Shown: positions 37,242 through 46,355 of the stretch, one piece after another
Layout: every line of letters starts with the position of its first letter
How positions within the stretch are numbered: position 1 is the first letter of the stretch
NCBI GenBank assembly: GCA_014192545.1
Contig: BJHL01000001.1
Span: 294,380 to 358,379, forward strand
Length of the DNA stretch: 64,000 nucleotides
Direction: 5' to 3'
Origin: Phycisphaerae bacterium
GTDB lineage: Bacteria > Planctomycetota > Phycisphaerae > Phycisphaerales > UBA1924
Notes under the pieces: generated by a model
Seen by the model: only the letters and a program-made list of their open reading frames with translations
Told to the model about the DNA's origin: nothing
Database searches by the model: none
Position numbers and translations under genes: made by a program

Positions 37242-37973
37242 TTATGGTACTTCTTCCGCCGTTGCCTGCACGGGCGCGCCGTTCACAGGCTCACCGGATG
37301 GCTGCACGCCCATCGCCGCATCAAACGCCGCGAGGTCCTTGTGCACCTGCTCGCGCTGACTCACGCGCCACTGCGTGGGCACGTCAAACTGCGGATTGAA
37401 GTAGAACTCGGGTGCTTGCTCGTCACCCGGATACCACGCGCGGGCGTGAACGACGTTCCAAGGCTTGAAGCCACCTTCGAGCCGGATCGTGATCTTTTGG
37501 TAGATGGGCTTGCCGTCCTTGTCAGGACCAAGCTCGGGCGTCGGTCGCAGCACATCAACCGTGCCGTGATCGGCACGCAGCCACACGCGCGTGACGTGAA
37601 AGACCGGCAACGTGCCAGTCACGTTCTCAGGCGTCGCGGGTTGCACTTCGGGACCGACCTTCTTCGCGATGCGGTCGTACAGCATCTTGCGTGTGCCCAG
37701 CGGCAAGTTGATGACCAGCGGATAGTCGGCCATCGGCAGCGCGTTGGGCGCGAGCGAAACGTCAAACTCGCGCTGACCTGGCGTCCAGCGACTTGCAACG
37801 TACTGCAGTGCAGCAACCATCGCCGCTTCAGCTGCCGGCTTGTTGGGGTCTTCGGCGTAACCACGCGAGGTGGGAATTGCCGGATAGTTTGAATTCTGGA
37901 AGCATCCCGCGAGCGACGCTGTCATGGCGACCAGGGAGCAGGCAAGAAACAGTCGAACTACATGTGTGGACAT
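37242..37973 (-). CDS. Hypothetical lipoprotein
   Basis: Signal peptide plus lipobox LVAMTASLAGC. GGAGG lies 8 nt upstream of the ATG. Confidence 0.6.
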   Translation of the reverse strand: MSTHVVRLFLACSLVAMTASLAGCFQNSNYPAIPTSRGYAEDPNKPAAEAAMVAALQYVASRWTPGQREFDVSLAPNALPMADYPLVINLPLGTRKMLYDRIAKKVGPEVQPATPENVTGTLPVFHVTRVWLRADHGTVDVLRPTPELGPDKDGKPIYQKITIRLEGGFKPWNVVHARAWYPGDEQAPEFYFNPQFDVPTQWRVSQREQVHKDLAAFDAAMGVQPSGEPVNGAPVQATAEEVP

Positions 37974-38165
37974 TGGTGTACCTCCGTGTACGCGCAGATT
38001 CTACGCGAGATGGGCGGGCGAGACGTGGCGTTCGCGTGTTGCACGATGCAAAAATACAGTGCGTGCAGCAAGCATCGCAGGCAGACTCCTGCCGGTTTCG
38101 AACGGCAGAATAACTGGATCGTGCGTGTATCGCCCGATGCCAAACTAAAGGCGTACGCCAAGTGC

Positions 38166-38927
38166 TCATGCCACGAAGCTGACTTCTTCGCCGGTCTTGC
38201 GGTGGGCTTCGTAGGCCGAACGATCAAAGGTGTACAACTTCGCGGCACGGTGCGCGACGCCTAGTTGCCGCTCGTCGATGTCACGCAGCGTGCCGGTTTC
38301 CATGATCTTTTTGCGGAAATTTCGCTTATCGAGCCGCTTGCCGAGGCAGGCTTCGTACAGCGTTTGCAACTGCGTGAGGCTGAACTTGGGCGTCAGCATC
38401 GCAAACGCAAGCGGCTCGTGTCGGACTTTGTCGCGCAGGCCCGTCATGGCTGCACTGATGATCTCGGCGTGATCAAACGCGAGCCGAGGGAGCGCGCTGG
38501 CTTCGAACCAGCCGGCGTTTTCACCGCGAGCTGCGGCCTTGAGCTGGTCTTCCGCCGGGCGAGCAAGCGAAAGGAAACAAACGCTCACCACGCGACCGCG
38601 CGGGTCGCGATTGGGGTTGCCGAAGGTGCGGATCTGCTCCAAGTGCGTGGGCTCGAGTCCGACGCGAGAGACAAACAAGCGGTGGCCACCGTCTTCGAGC
38701 GACTCGTTGATGGCGACGTAACCGCCCGGCAGACTCCAACTGCCCGAGAATGGCTCTTCATTGCGACGAACCAGAAAAACTCTCAGCGCACGCTGCGAAA
38801 AAGCGATGGGAACGCAATCGACGGCGACTGCGATGTGGGCGGCTTCGTCCAAGCGAAGGCCTGGACGCGCAAAGTCACGCCAGTTACGAGGTTCGTTGAG
38901 TGGTGACGCGGGGTTTACCTGAGTCAT
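38166..38927 (-). CDS. nrtR: NrtR-like Nudix-related transcriptional regulator (inactive Nudix domain + C-terminal winged HTH)
   Basis: The Nudix box is degenerate, G-YVAIN-E-SLEDGGH-RLFVSR-VGL, so the catalytic REuxEE is replaced by RLFVSR. The C-terminal half (KFSLTQLQTLYEACLGKRLDKRNFRKKI...KLYTF) matches the NrtR DNA-binding domain. GGAG lies upstream of the ATG at 38927. Confidence 0.6.
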   Translation of the reverse strand: MTQVNPASPLNEPRNWRDFARPGLRLDEAAHIAVAVDCVPIAFSQRALRVFLVRRNEEPFSGSWSLPGGYVAINESLEDGGHRLFVSRVGLEPTHLEQIRTFGNPNRDPRGRVVSVCFLSLARPAEDQLKAAARGENAGWFEASALPRLAFDHAEIISAAMTGLRDKVRHEPLAFAMLTPKFSLTQLQTLYEACLGKRLDKRNFRKKIMETGTLRDIDERQLGVAHRAAKLYTFDRSAYEAHRKTGEEVSFVA

Positions 38928-39159
38928 AGTGAGCTCCAGATCCAAATGACAATAGCAGGAACTCGGCACGCGCGTCGGAAGTATGTGTTGTTTATACACA
39001 AATGCGCGCACCTCGCGATTTTCTCACAGAAAACTGTCGCGTACTTCGTGTACAAAAGTGTATTTCAGCGTGAAATGTCTCGAATTGGCTTTACAGATGT
39101 CGCTTTTTGCGTTACGTTGCACGCCCCGAGCATGGTACCCGGTGTGCAAGAGAAAATTC

Positions 39160-40458
39160 ATGTCGAACGAAACAAGTGCAGCGGCGACAGTACTGCCAGC
39201 GATTGACTCTGGTTCTACAGCGTGGATGCTCGTGTCAAGCGCACTCGTGCTCGTCATGGTGCCTGGACTTGCGATCTTTTACGCGGGCATGGTGCGACGC
39301 AAAAGCGTACTCAACACGCTCGCGCAAGTCTTCGCCGCCATGGGCGTCATCGGTGTGCAGTGGATTCTCGTTGGCTATTGCCTTGCGTTCGGCAAGAGCC
39401 AAGGCGGCTGGATCGGTTGGGATCCCAACTTGCTCGCACTTCACGGCATCGATTGGCACAGCGTCTACGGTGATAAGCAGATTCCTGAACTGGTTTTCGT
39501 CATGTTTCAAGGGAAATTTGCGATCATCACGCCTGCACTCATCGCTGGCGCAACCGCCGAACGCATGAAGTTCGGCACATTCCTGCTCTTTAGTTTGCTC
39601 TGGACAACCTTGGTCTACTGCCCACTCGCCCACTGGGTGTGGCACCCCGAAGGCTGGCTGTTTGCGAAGGGCGTACTCGACTTTGCTGGCGGCACGGTCG
39701 TGCACATTTCATCTGGCTTTTCGGCACTCGTGCTCGCGATCATGATCGGCAAGCGTCGCGACTACATCCCCGGACTATCCGGCGAAGGCTTCGCGATCTT
39801 GCCGCATAGTCTGCCCCTGACCTTGCTGGGCGCAGGCCTGTTGTGGTTCGGTTGGTTCGGTTTCAACGCTGGCAGCGCAGTCGCGATCGAGTTTCCTGCT
39901 GCGGGCTACACCGCTGGCCTTGCCTTTACAACAACCCAAACTGCTGCCGCAGCGGCCGCGCTTACATGGTTGCTCATCGAGTGGCTGCACCAAGGCAAAC
40001 CGACCACGTTGGGTATCGCATCAGGAATCGTCGCGGGCCTCGTGTGCATCACGCCAGCAGCGGGCCACGTGCTGCCATGGCACGCCATCATCTTCGGCAT
40101 CACGGGTTCCTGCGCGTGCTATCTCGCAGTGCGGATGAAAGGTAAACTGGGTTACGACGACTCGCTCGATGCATTCGGTGTTCACGGCATCGGCGGATTG
40201 CTGGGTGCAGTACTGACAGGTATCTTCTGCGTGGCCAACACAACCAATACAGGCCTGATTTACGGCGATTCCTATCAACTTGAGCACCAATTGCTCGGCG
40301 CAGGCGTTGGTGCCGGGTTTGCCGTGGTCGGTACGATACTGATCACTGGCGCACTCAAGTACACCGTGGGCCTGCGTGCAACAGACGTCCAGGAACGCGA
40401 TGGGCTCGATATCTCTATTCACGGCGAACGCGGCTATCACGCTGATTTGATGTCATAA
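39160..40458 (+). CDS. amt: Ammonium transporter (Amt family)
   Basis: Eleven TM helices and Amt signatures (DFAGGTVVHISSGFSALV, twin-His HGIGGLLG). Followed by glnK. Confidence 0.9.
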   Translation: MSNETSAAATVLPAIDSGSTAWMLVSSALVLVMVPGLAIFYAGMVRRKSVLNTLAQVFAAMGVIGVQWILVGYCLAFGKSQGGWIGWDPNLLALHGIDWHSVYGDKQIPELVFVMFQGKFAIITPALIAGATAERMKFGTFLLFSLLWTTLVYCPLAHWVWHPEGWLFAKGVLDFAGGTVVHISSGFSALVLAIMIGKRRDYIPGLSGEGFAILPHSLPLTLLGAGLLWFGWFGFNAGSAVAIEFPAAGYTAGLAFTTTQTAAAAAALTWLLIEWLHQGKPTTLGIASGIVAGLVCITPAAGHVLPWHAIIFGITGSCACYLAVRMKGKLGYDDSLDAFGVHGIGGLLGAVLTGIFCVANTTNTGLIYGDSYQLEHQLLGAGVGAGFAVVGTILITGALKYTVGLRATDVQERDGLDISIHGERGYHADLMS

Positions 40459-40570
40459 CACACCGCAACGCGATCTCAAACAACGTAATTTGACACAAAG
40501 CCAAAAGCGTCCACGCCCTCATGCAGTCTACTTCGTGTCAATCTGTGTCAAGTACGCGTGGGAGTCTTCC

Positions 40571-40921
40571 ATGAAACTGCTCGTTGCCATCATTCGTCCC
40601 GACCGGCTTGAAGCCGTGCAACTCGCACTTCGCAAGGTGCTCGATGAGAACGACACCTATCGCATTACCGTCAGCCCGGTCGAGGGTCACGGCGCGCAGC
40701 AAGGCGAAGTTGAATTCGTGCGCGGCCAGAAAGTGCGCCCGCGCATGATCGCGAAGTTGCAGGTCACCATCGGCGTAAACGACGACTATGTCGAGCGTGC
40801 AATCAGTGCGATCATCGAAGGCGCACGCACTGGCAGTGTTGGCGACGGCAAGATTTTCGTCCTACCCATGCTCGAGTGCATCCGCATTCGCACAAGCGAA
40901 CGCGGCGGCGACGCGATTTGA
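40571..40921 (+). CDS. glnK: P-II family nitrogen-regulatory protein
   Basis: MKLLVAIIRP...GKIFVLPMLECIRIRTSERG is the P-II fold, in the position immediately downstream of amt. The T-loop is divergent. GGGAG lies upstream of the ATG. Confidence 0.8.
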   Translation: MKLLVAIIRPDRLEAVQLALRKVLDENDTYRITVSPVEGHGAQQGEVEFVRGQKVRPRMIAKLQVTIGVNDDYVERAISAIIEGARTGSVGDGKIFVLPMLECIRIRTSERGGDAI

Positions 40922-40947
40922 CGGCACCATGACGCCAGCATGCTTCA

Positions 40948-41907
40948 TTACTTTTTCGCACTGATATCGAGGCTCGTGATGAAATCACTGGGCTTTGTAC
41001 CTGCGGGAAGTGCCGCGATGATTTTCTGATAGAGCGGGTCTTGCCAATCTGTCATCGCATCGATGTAGTGCGGCTTGCTCGTGAGCACGATTTCACGAAA
41101 CCCAGCTGTTTGCATCTGCTCGCGCGTCTCGCTCACCAAGACTGCACCAGCGACACAGCCCACAAGTGCTTCGACATCAGACAGAACACTGGGTGGCAGC
41201 GGCCGCAACAACGCCAAATCCGATACGGCAACGCGTCCACCGGGCTTGAGTACCCGCGCAATCTCGCCCCACACACCAGCCTTGTCAGGACTCAGATTGA
41301 GCACGCAGTTGCTGATGACCACGTCTGCAGAGGCATCAGCAACGGGCAGGTGTTCAATCTCGCCGAGACGAAACTCAACATTTTGCAAGCCTGAATGCTT
41401 GGTGTACTCGGCGATGTTCGCGCGTGCCTTGGTCAGCATTTCAGGAGTCATGTCAACGCCAATGACGCGACCGCTGGCTCCAACCTTCGGGCCTGCAACA
41501 AAGCAGTCAAAGCCGCCGCCGCTGCCGAGATCGATGACAACTTCACCGAGTTCCAGGCTCGCGATTGCCGTTGGATTTCCACACGAAAGGCCCATGTTTG
41601 CATTGTCAGGCGTCGCGACAAGGTCCGCCTGCGCATAGCCAATGGCTTCAGCGAGTTGCTGCGGAGTAAACGTCGCCGGGCCGCAACAGCCACCACCCGC
41701 GCACGAAGACTTCGCGCCGGTGAATGGTTTGGAGTCCGCTGCAACGTTCGCATCTGCGAGTGCAGCAGACCACCAACCGTCGTTGGCGATTTTTGCATAG
41801 CCCGCGCGTACCTGGTCGCGATGGACGTCCTGATCCGCAACTTGCGTCGCGGGCTTCGCTTCTGAACAACACTCGGGTCCGCAGCAAGACTTGGTTTTCT
41901 TTGACAT
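40948..41907 (-). CDS. arsM: Arsenite S-adenosylmethionine methyltransferase
   Basis: SAM motif I VIDLGSGGGFD, then VIGVDMTPEML, NVEFRLGEIE and DVVISNCVLNL. The conserved As-binding cysteines are present (GGGCCGP, LSCGNPT), plus an extra N-terminal CCGPECC cluster. Confidence 0.8.
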   Translation of the reverse strand: MSKKTKSCCGPECCSEAKPATQVADQDVHRDQVRAGYAKIANDGWWSAALADANVAADSKPFTGAKSSCAGGGCCGPATFTPQQLAEAIGYAQADLVATPDNANMGLSCGNPTAIASLELGEVVIDLGSGGGFDCFVAGPKVGASGRVIGVDMTPEMLTKARANIAEYTKHSGLQNVEFRLGEIEHLPVADASADVVISNCVLNLSPDKAGVWGEIARVLKPGGRVAVSDLALLRPLPPSVLSDVEALVGCVAGAVLVSETREQMQTAGFREIVLTSKPHYIDAMTDWQDPLYQKIIAALPAGTKPSDFITSLDISAKK

Positions 41908-41919
41908 GGCTTCGCCCTT

Positions 41920-42360
41920 TCAGACTGGTTTTGTCGAACGCAAGGATTCTGGAATCGTTTGGATAAACGCACGAATCTCATCGCGAACACGGCGGTAATG
42001 CGGCATCGCCTCATCATCAGACTTCGCATCGCGAGCAAGACGAGGCGGATCATCAAAGCCCACATGCACAACGCTCGCACCCGCAAACACAGGGCATGCT
42101 TCGTGTGCGCTATCGCAGACTGTCACCACGACATCAAACGAAGTCGCGATGTCTTCCGGCCGCTTGCTTCTGTGAGTCGAGATATCCACACCAGACTCAG
42201 CCATTGCGCGAATCGCAAGTCGATTCATGCCATGCGGATTCGTGCCAGCCGAGTAAGCGGCGACATAGTCAGCCTTCAGCGCCTTCGCCCATCCTTCAGC
42301 CATCTGGCTACGACAGGAATTGCCGGTGCAAAGAAAGAGAACTCGAAGTTTTTCGGCCAT
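41920..42360 (-). CDS. arsC: Arsenate reductase (LMW-PTP / thioredoxin-coupled ArsC)
   Basis: P-loop LFLCTGNSCRSQMAEG and the downstream Cys (CDSAHEACP). AAGGAG lies upstream of the ATG at 42360. Confidence 0.85.
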   Translation of the reverse strand: MAEKLRVLFLCTGNSCRSQMAEGWAKALKADYVAAYSAGTNPHGMNRLAIRAMAESGVDISTHRSKRPEDIATSFDVVVTVCDSAHEACPVFAGASVVHVGFDDPPRLARDAKSDDEAMPHYRRVRDEIRAFIQTIPESLRSTKPV

Positions 42361-42384
42361 AATTACTCCTTTCTGCTTTTGCAA

Positions 42385-42729
42385 CTACCGCCGGGGAGGA
42401 CAACACTCGCTTCCACAACAGTCCGGAGCATGTGCGACACACGCGTCAATCGCATCAGCCATCGCCCGCAGCGAACGAGCCATATCCGCATATCGAACCG
42501 TGTAGAAAACCGTCTTCGCGCGCTTTTCGCTCGACAGCACGCCCGCTCGCGACAAGGTCGCCAAGTGCCGCGAAACCACCGACATGTCCACGTCACAACA
42601 GTCGGCCACTTCGCTGACTGAGCACGGCCTGGCGCACTTTGCCAAGCATGCCAACAGCGACAAACGCGTTGGATCACCCAGAGCTTTGAACAAATCTGCT
42701 GAAAGCGCGGCATCAATTGGTCGCCGCAT
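42385..42729 (-). CDS. arsR: ArsR/SmtB-family metalloregulator with a C-terminal Cys cluster
   Basis: HTH LFKALGDPTRLSLLACL...VSEVADCCDVDMSVVSRHL, and the C-terminal CVAHAPDCCGSECC. The start is uncertain, since the ORF extends to an ATG at 42783. Confidence 0.7.
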   Translation of the reverse strand: MRRPIDAALSADLFKALGDPTRLSLLACLAKCARPCSVSEVADCCDVDMSVVSRHLATLSRAGVLSSEKRAKTVFYTVRYADMARSLRAMADAIDACVAHAPDCCGSECCPPRR

Positions 42730-42782
42730 TTGTGCCGCATGCTTGGGTGACCTGGGAGGCAACTGCGCTCTTTTCACTTGCA

Positions 42783-42798
42783 TACTTGTGCAAGTATA
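42783..42798. promoter_or_regulatory. 7-2-7 inverted repeat ATACTTG-tg-CAAGTAT overlapping a TATACT -10-like hexamer, a candidate ArsR operator
   Basis: A perfect 7-bp inverted repeat lies just upstream of the ars operon, overlapping a -10-like element on the ars strand. Confidence 0.4.
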
Positions 42799-43009
42799 CC
42801 AAGCTATTTGTTGCGGTCAAGGAGGGGCATGTTTGCACCGGTTGTCGGGCGTGTATCGACTTTTCCATCTTTGCAAGCAACCGCCAATGCCACACGGCGT
42901 CACGTTCGAGTAATTAGTTGATTTGTTCAGTCGGGGTCACGAATGCATCGGATGCAGCCGATATGCCCGAGCATGGGAATTTGTACTGCATCTAAGAAGA
43001 GGAGTCGTC

Positions 43010-43348
43010 ATGTCCGCATTACCCCCAGCTGTGGGCCCGATCATCAGTAGCCTGGCCCGCGACGCCGATATGGCCGAACTGATCGAGATGTACGTTGACG
43101 AAATGGCTGGTCGTGCCCAGTCACTTCGCACACACTTCGATAGCCAACACTGGAAGCTGCTCGCGAATGAAGCGCACAAAATCCGCGGCAGCGCAGGCGG
43201 GCATGGGTTTGAAGTTATTGGCGGCGTTGCCGCGCAGCTTGAAGAGCACTTGCGAAACGCCGCCGGGCAGGAGCAGCAGATCGTGCAGACCGTGAAGCAA
43301 CAGGTCGATGAACTGATTGCACTTTGCCTGCGCGCGAAGGCAAAATGA
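43010..43348 (+). CDS. Hpt (histidine phosphotransfer) domain protein
   Basis: Phospho-acceptor motif EAHKIRGSAGGHGFEVIG. AGGAG lies 7 nt upstream of the ATG at 43010. Confidence 0.65.
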   Translation: MSALPPAVGPIISSLARDADMAELIEMYVDEMAGRAQSLRTHFDSQHWKLLANEAHKIRGSAGGHGFEVIGGVAAQLEEHLRNAAGQEQQIVQTVKQQVDELIALCLRAKAK

Positions 43349-43379
43349 ACTATGACTCCTTACAGGCGGAGGCAATGCT

Positions 43380-44330
43380 TTGACGCCCATTCAGATTCCA
43401 TTCGATGAAGTCAAGGCACGCGTGCTCGTCGTCGATGATTCGCGCGATGTTCACGATTTGCTGCGTGCGCGTCTCAAGCACGACGATATCGAGCTCATGT
43501 CTGCCGAGTCGATTGCGGAAGGCCTAGACAAAGCACTCGCAGAGTCTCCTGAGTTGATGCTTATCGACATGTCGCTGCCGAACGAAGGCGACGGTCTGAC
43601 GCTCATGAGGTTGCTGCAAACCGATTCGCGAACACGTAATATTCCAGTCATCGTTCTCTCTGCGCGCGCCGACATGTCATGCAAAGTCGCCGCCTTCGAC
43701 CTTGGCGCTGTCGACTACGTGACCAAGCCTTTCGAACTTATCGAGCTGCGCGTTCGCCTGCGGGTCACGCTTCGTATGAATGAGATGATGCGACTACTCG
43801 CACAACGCGCGCAGCTCGACGGCCTCACTGGTTTGTGGAATCGAACCTACTTCGATACTCGCTGGCGAGAAGAGTTCGCTCGCTCGCATCGGCAAGGCCA
43901 CTCGCTCGCACTCTCGTTCATCGACATCGACTACTTCAAAAGCGTGAACGACAACTACGGCCACCCCGTCGGCGACATGGTGCTGCAAAGCGTCGCACGC
44001 GTCTTGCAACGCGACCCGCGCGCCAGCGACATCGCCTGCCGATACGGCGGTGAAGAGTTCGTTCTCATCATGCCCGATACTAACGCCGTCGACGCAGCCA
44101 TTGTCAGCGAGCGATTGCGCCAAACCATCGCCGAACTACGCTGGGCTCGCGTTCCAGATCTGCGCATCACCGTTTCGATAGGTGTTGCGGGTGCAAAGGG
44201 CTTCACAGTTGCAACTGCCGAAAGCTGGGTCGAAACGGCAGACAACAATCTCTACGCCGCAAAGAAAGCCGGGCGCAATCGCATCATCGTGTCCGACCTC
44301 TCAAGTTCGGGGTTGCGAAATTCCGCGTAA
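43380..44330 (+). CDS. Response regulator diguanylate cyclase (REC + GGDEF)
   Basis: REC domain (VLVVDDS...LMLIDMSLP...K) and GGDEF domain with RYGGEEF and an RxxD I-site-like RDPRASD. TTG start with GGCGGAGG upstream. Confidence 0.8.
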   Translation: MTPIQIPFDEVKARVLVVDDSRDVHDLLRARLKHDDIELMSAESIAEGLDKALAESPELMLIDMSLPNEGDGLTLMRLLQTDSRTRNIPVIVLSARADMSCKVAAFDLGAVDYVTKPFELIELRVRLRVTLRMNEMMRLLAQRAQLDGLTGLWNRTYFDTRWREEFARSHRQGHSLALSFIDIDYFKSVNDNYGHPVGDMVLQSVARVLQRDPRASDIACRYGGEEFVLIMPDTNAVDAAIVSERLRQTIAELRWARVPDLRITVSIGVAGAKGFTVATAESWVETADNNLYAAKKAGRNRIIVSDLSSSGLRNSA

Positions 44331-44339
44331 CTGCGACGA

Positions 44340-44945
44340 TCAGAAGCTCGTGGTAAATCCGATGTACGCCATCGCGCCATCGCTCGAAGGATTATCGTCA
44401 TCGCCAAAGATTCGCCCGTTGCTGATGTGACTCCATCGCACACCCGCTTGTAATCGCCAACTGTCTGAAATCGCCTTCGTCACGCCCACGCCCACGCGAG
44501 GCGTGAAGTTCACACTCGTGCCATCTTGCGGCACATCGTCCGTTGACAGCATGATGCCGATGCCGATGTCGCCGAACACCGTCCAGTCGTTGTCGTCCGA
44601 TGACCAAAAGTGCCAGCGAAAGACGATCGCCGGATTGATCGCCTGCACATCATCGCCTGGAATATCAAAATCGCGGATCGCCACTTCGCCAATCACGCTC
44701 ACGTCCTCAGTAACAAAATACTCGTAATTCGCCATGACGTTGATGTCGCTGATCGCATCAAAGTCACTGCTCGCGCCAACGCCAAACGTCCACCAGCCGG
44801 TGTCCGCGTTGGTGTATTGCGACTGCGTTTGCTTTCCCGTCGCAGCCGCCGTGAGGTCTACCTGCGCGGGCTGACCTTCTTGCCCAAACGCGGACGAAGC
44901 GATAGCGAGACAAACAACTGGCAATGTACGAAAAAACTGTTCCAC
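44340..44945 (-). CDS. Outer-membrane beta-barrel, PagL-like lipid A deacylase / acyloxyacyl hydrolase family (putative)
   Basis: Signal peptide (GTG start, AGGAGAAG upstream). Alternating beta-strand pattern, a C-terminal Phe, and a HISNG motif resembling the PagL catalytic His/Ser. Confidence 0.45.
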   Translation of the reverse strand: MEQFFRTLPVVCLAIASSAFGQEGQPAQVDLTAAATGKQTQSQYTNADTGWWTFGVGASSDFDAISDINVMANYEYFVTEDVSVIGEVAIRDFDIPGDDVQAINPAIVFRWHFWSSDDNDWTVFGDIGIGIMLSTDDVPQDGTSVNFTPRVGVGVTKAISDSWRLQAGVRWSHISNGRIFGDDDNPSSDGAMAYIGFTTSF

Positions 44946-44987
44946 GCAACTTCTCCTGCTGTACGATTGATATCGGAGCGTATCGCG

Positions 44988-45212
44988 ATGAATGAACCGA
45001 CGCGGCAACCTGGCGACGACCGTTTGCAACGCATGGAAGAAGCCATGCTCTTCACGCAACACGGCCAAGACCAACTCGCTGAGCACGTGCGCGAACTGGG
45101 AAAAATGCTTGATCGCCTCGATCAGCGCCTGGCACGTATCGAAGAATTGTCGATGAAACTCGATGAAGCCACGCGCAGCCGCGAACCTGATGCCAACGCC
45201 GACAACCCCTGA
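44988..45212 (+). CDS. slyX: SlyX-family small coiled-coil protein
   Basis: DDRLQRMEEAMLFTQHGQDQLAEHVRELGKMLDRLDQRLARIEE matches the SlyX heptad pattern. Confidence 0.5.
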   Translation: MNEPTRQPGDDRLQRMEEAMLFTQHGQDQLAEHVRELGKMLDRLDQRLARIEELSMKLDEATRSREPDANADNP

Positions 45213-45264
45213 AATCACCTGCGCAGGCATTGTGCAAAACCGTTACTCGCGGTAGACTGCACGC

Positions 45265-46338
45265 ATGCTGACCCGCTCCACACTGGGAATGATGCACCTG
45301 ATGCAACCCTTGCAGTTGCTGATCTGCGTGCTCGCCACGCTCGCAATCCTCACGCTCACCGCGTGCACCACACCTCGCGGCATCACGAGCCACCCGCCAG
45401 TCACGTGGGCCATCGCCCTCCACGGCGGAGCCGGCACGCTTGACCGCACTGCACCGCCAGAAGAACTCGCCGCTTACCGCGTTTCGCTCCAGGCCGCACT
45501 CGATGTCGGCCGTGAGCGAGCCTCAAAGGGTGACTCCGCCCTCGATGTCGCCGAAGCAGTCGTGCGTGTGCTCGAGAACGACCCGCGCTTCAACGCTGGC
45601 CGCGGAGCCGCCTTCAACGAGAAAGGCGAGCACGAACTCGACGCGTCCATCATGGACGGTGCCACACTTCAGTGCGGCGCAGTCGCCGGCGTGCGCACCG
45701 TCAAGAACCCCGTTTCGCTCGCTCGCCTCGTCATGACCCAAACCAAGCACGTGCTACTCATGGGCGACGGTGCCGAGCAATTCGCCGATGCCATGGCCGT
45801 CGAGCGCGTGCCCAATTCCTACTTCAGCACCGACCGCCGCCGAAAAATGCTCGACGAAGTGCTGCGCGAACGCGCCGCCGTCGGCCCTCGCAGCGACGCC
45901 GCACCCCGCAACCCACGCACCACCTACGGCACAGTTGGTTGCGTCGTGCGTGACACTCACGGCAACCTCGCCGCCGCCACCAGCACAGGCGGACTCACCG
46001 GCAAACGCTTCGGCCGCGTGGGCGACGCACCAATCTTCGGCGCAGGCAACTACGCCGATGGATACGCCGCCATCAGTTGCACTGGCACAGGCGAAGAGTT
46101 CATTCGCCACAGCGTCGCCCGCACCGTTGCCGCCCGCATCGCGTTCGGCGGGCAATCACTCGAGCAAGCCGCGCACACGCTCGTTTTCAACACGCTCAAG
46201 AAAGACGACGGCGGCCTCATCGCCATCAACGCTGCGGGCAACATCGTGATGCTGTACAACAGCGAAGGCATGTACCGCGCCGCCGCCGATTCAACTGGCT
46301 GGCAAACCGTCGCGATCTTTGAAGATGACACCAAGTAA
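45265..46338 (+). CDS. iaaA: Isoaspartyl peptidase / L-asparaginase (Ntn-hydrolase), predicted lipoprotein
   Basis: Autoproteolytic site GTVGCVVRD and conserved blocks HGGAGT, GRGAAFN, DASIMDG. Lipobox LTLTAC. Confidence 0.8.
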   Translation: MLTRSTLGMMHLMQPLQLLICVLATLAILTLTACTTPRGITSHPPVTWAIALHGGAGTLDRTAPPEELAAYRVSLQAALDVGRERASKGDSALDVAEAVVRVLENDPRFNAGRGAAFNEKGEHELDASIMDGATLQCGAVAGVRTVKNPVSLARLVMTQTKHVLLMGDGAEQFADAMAVERVPNSYFSTDRRRKMLDEVLRERAAVGPRSDAAPRNPRTTYGTVGCVVRDTHGNLAAATSTGGLTGKRFGRVGDAPIFGAGNYADGYAAISCTGTGEEFIRHSVARTVAARIAFGGQSLEQAAHTLVFNTLKKDDGGLIAINAAGNIVMLYNSEGMYRAAADSTGWQTVAIFEDDTK

Positions 46339-46355
46339 CTCTGAAAGGCCACCGC

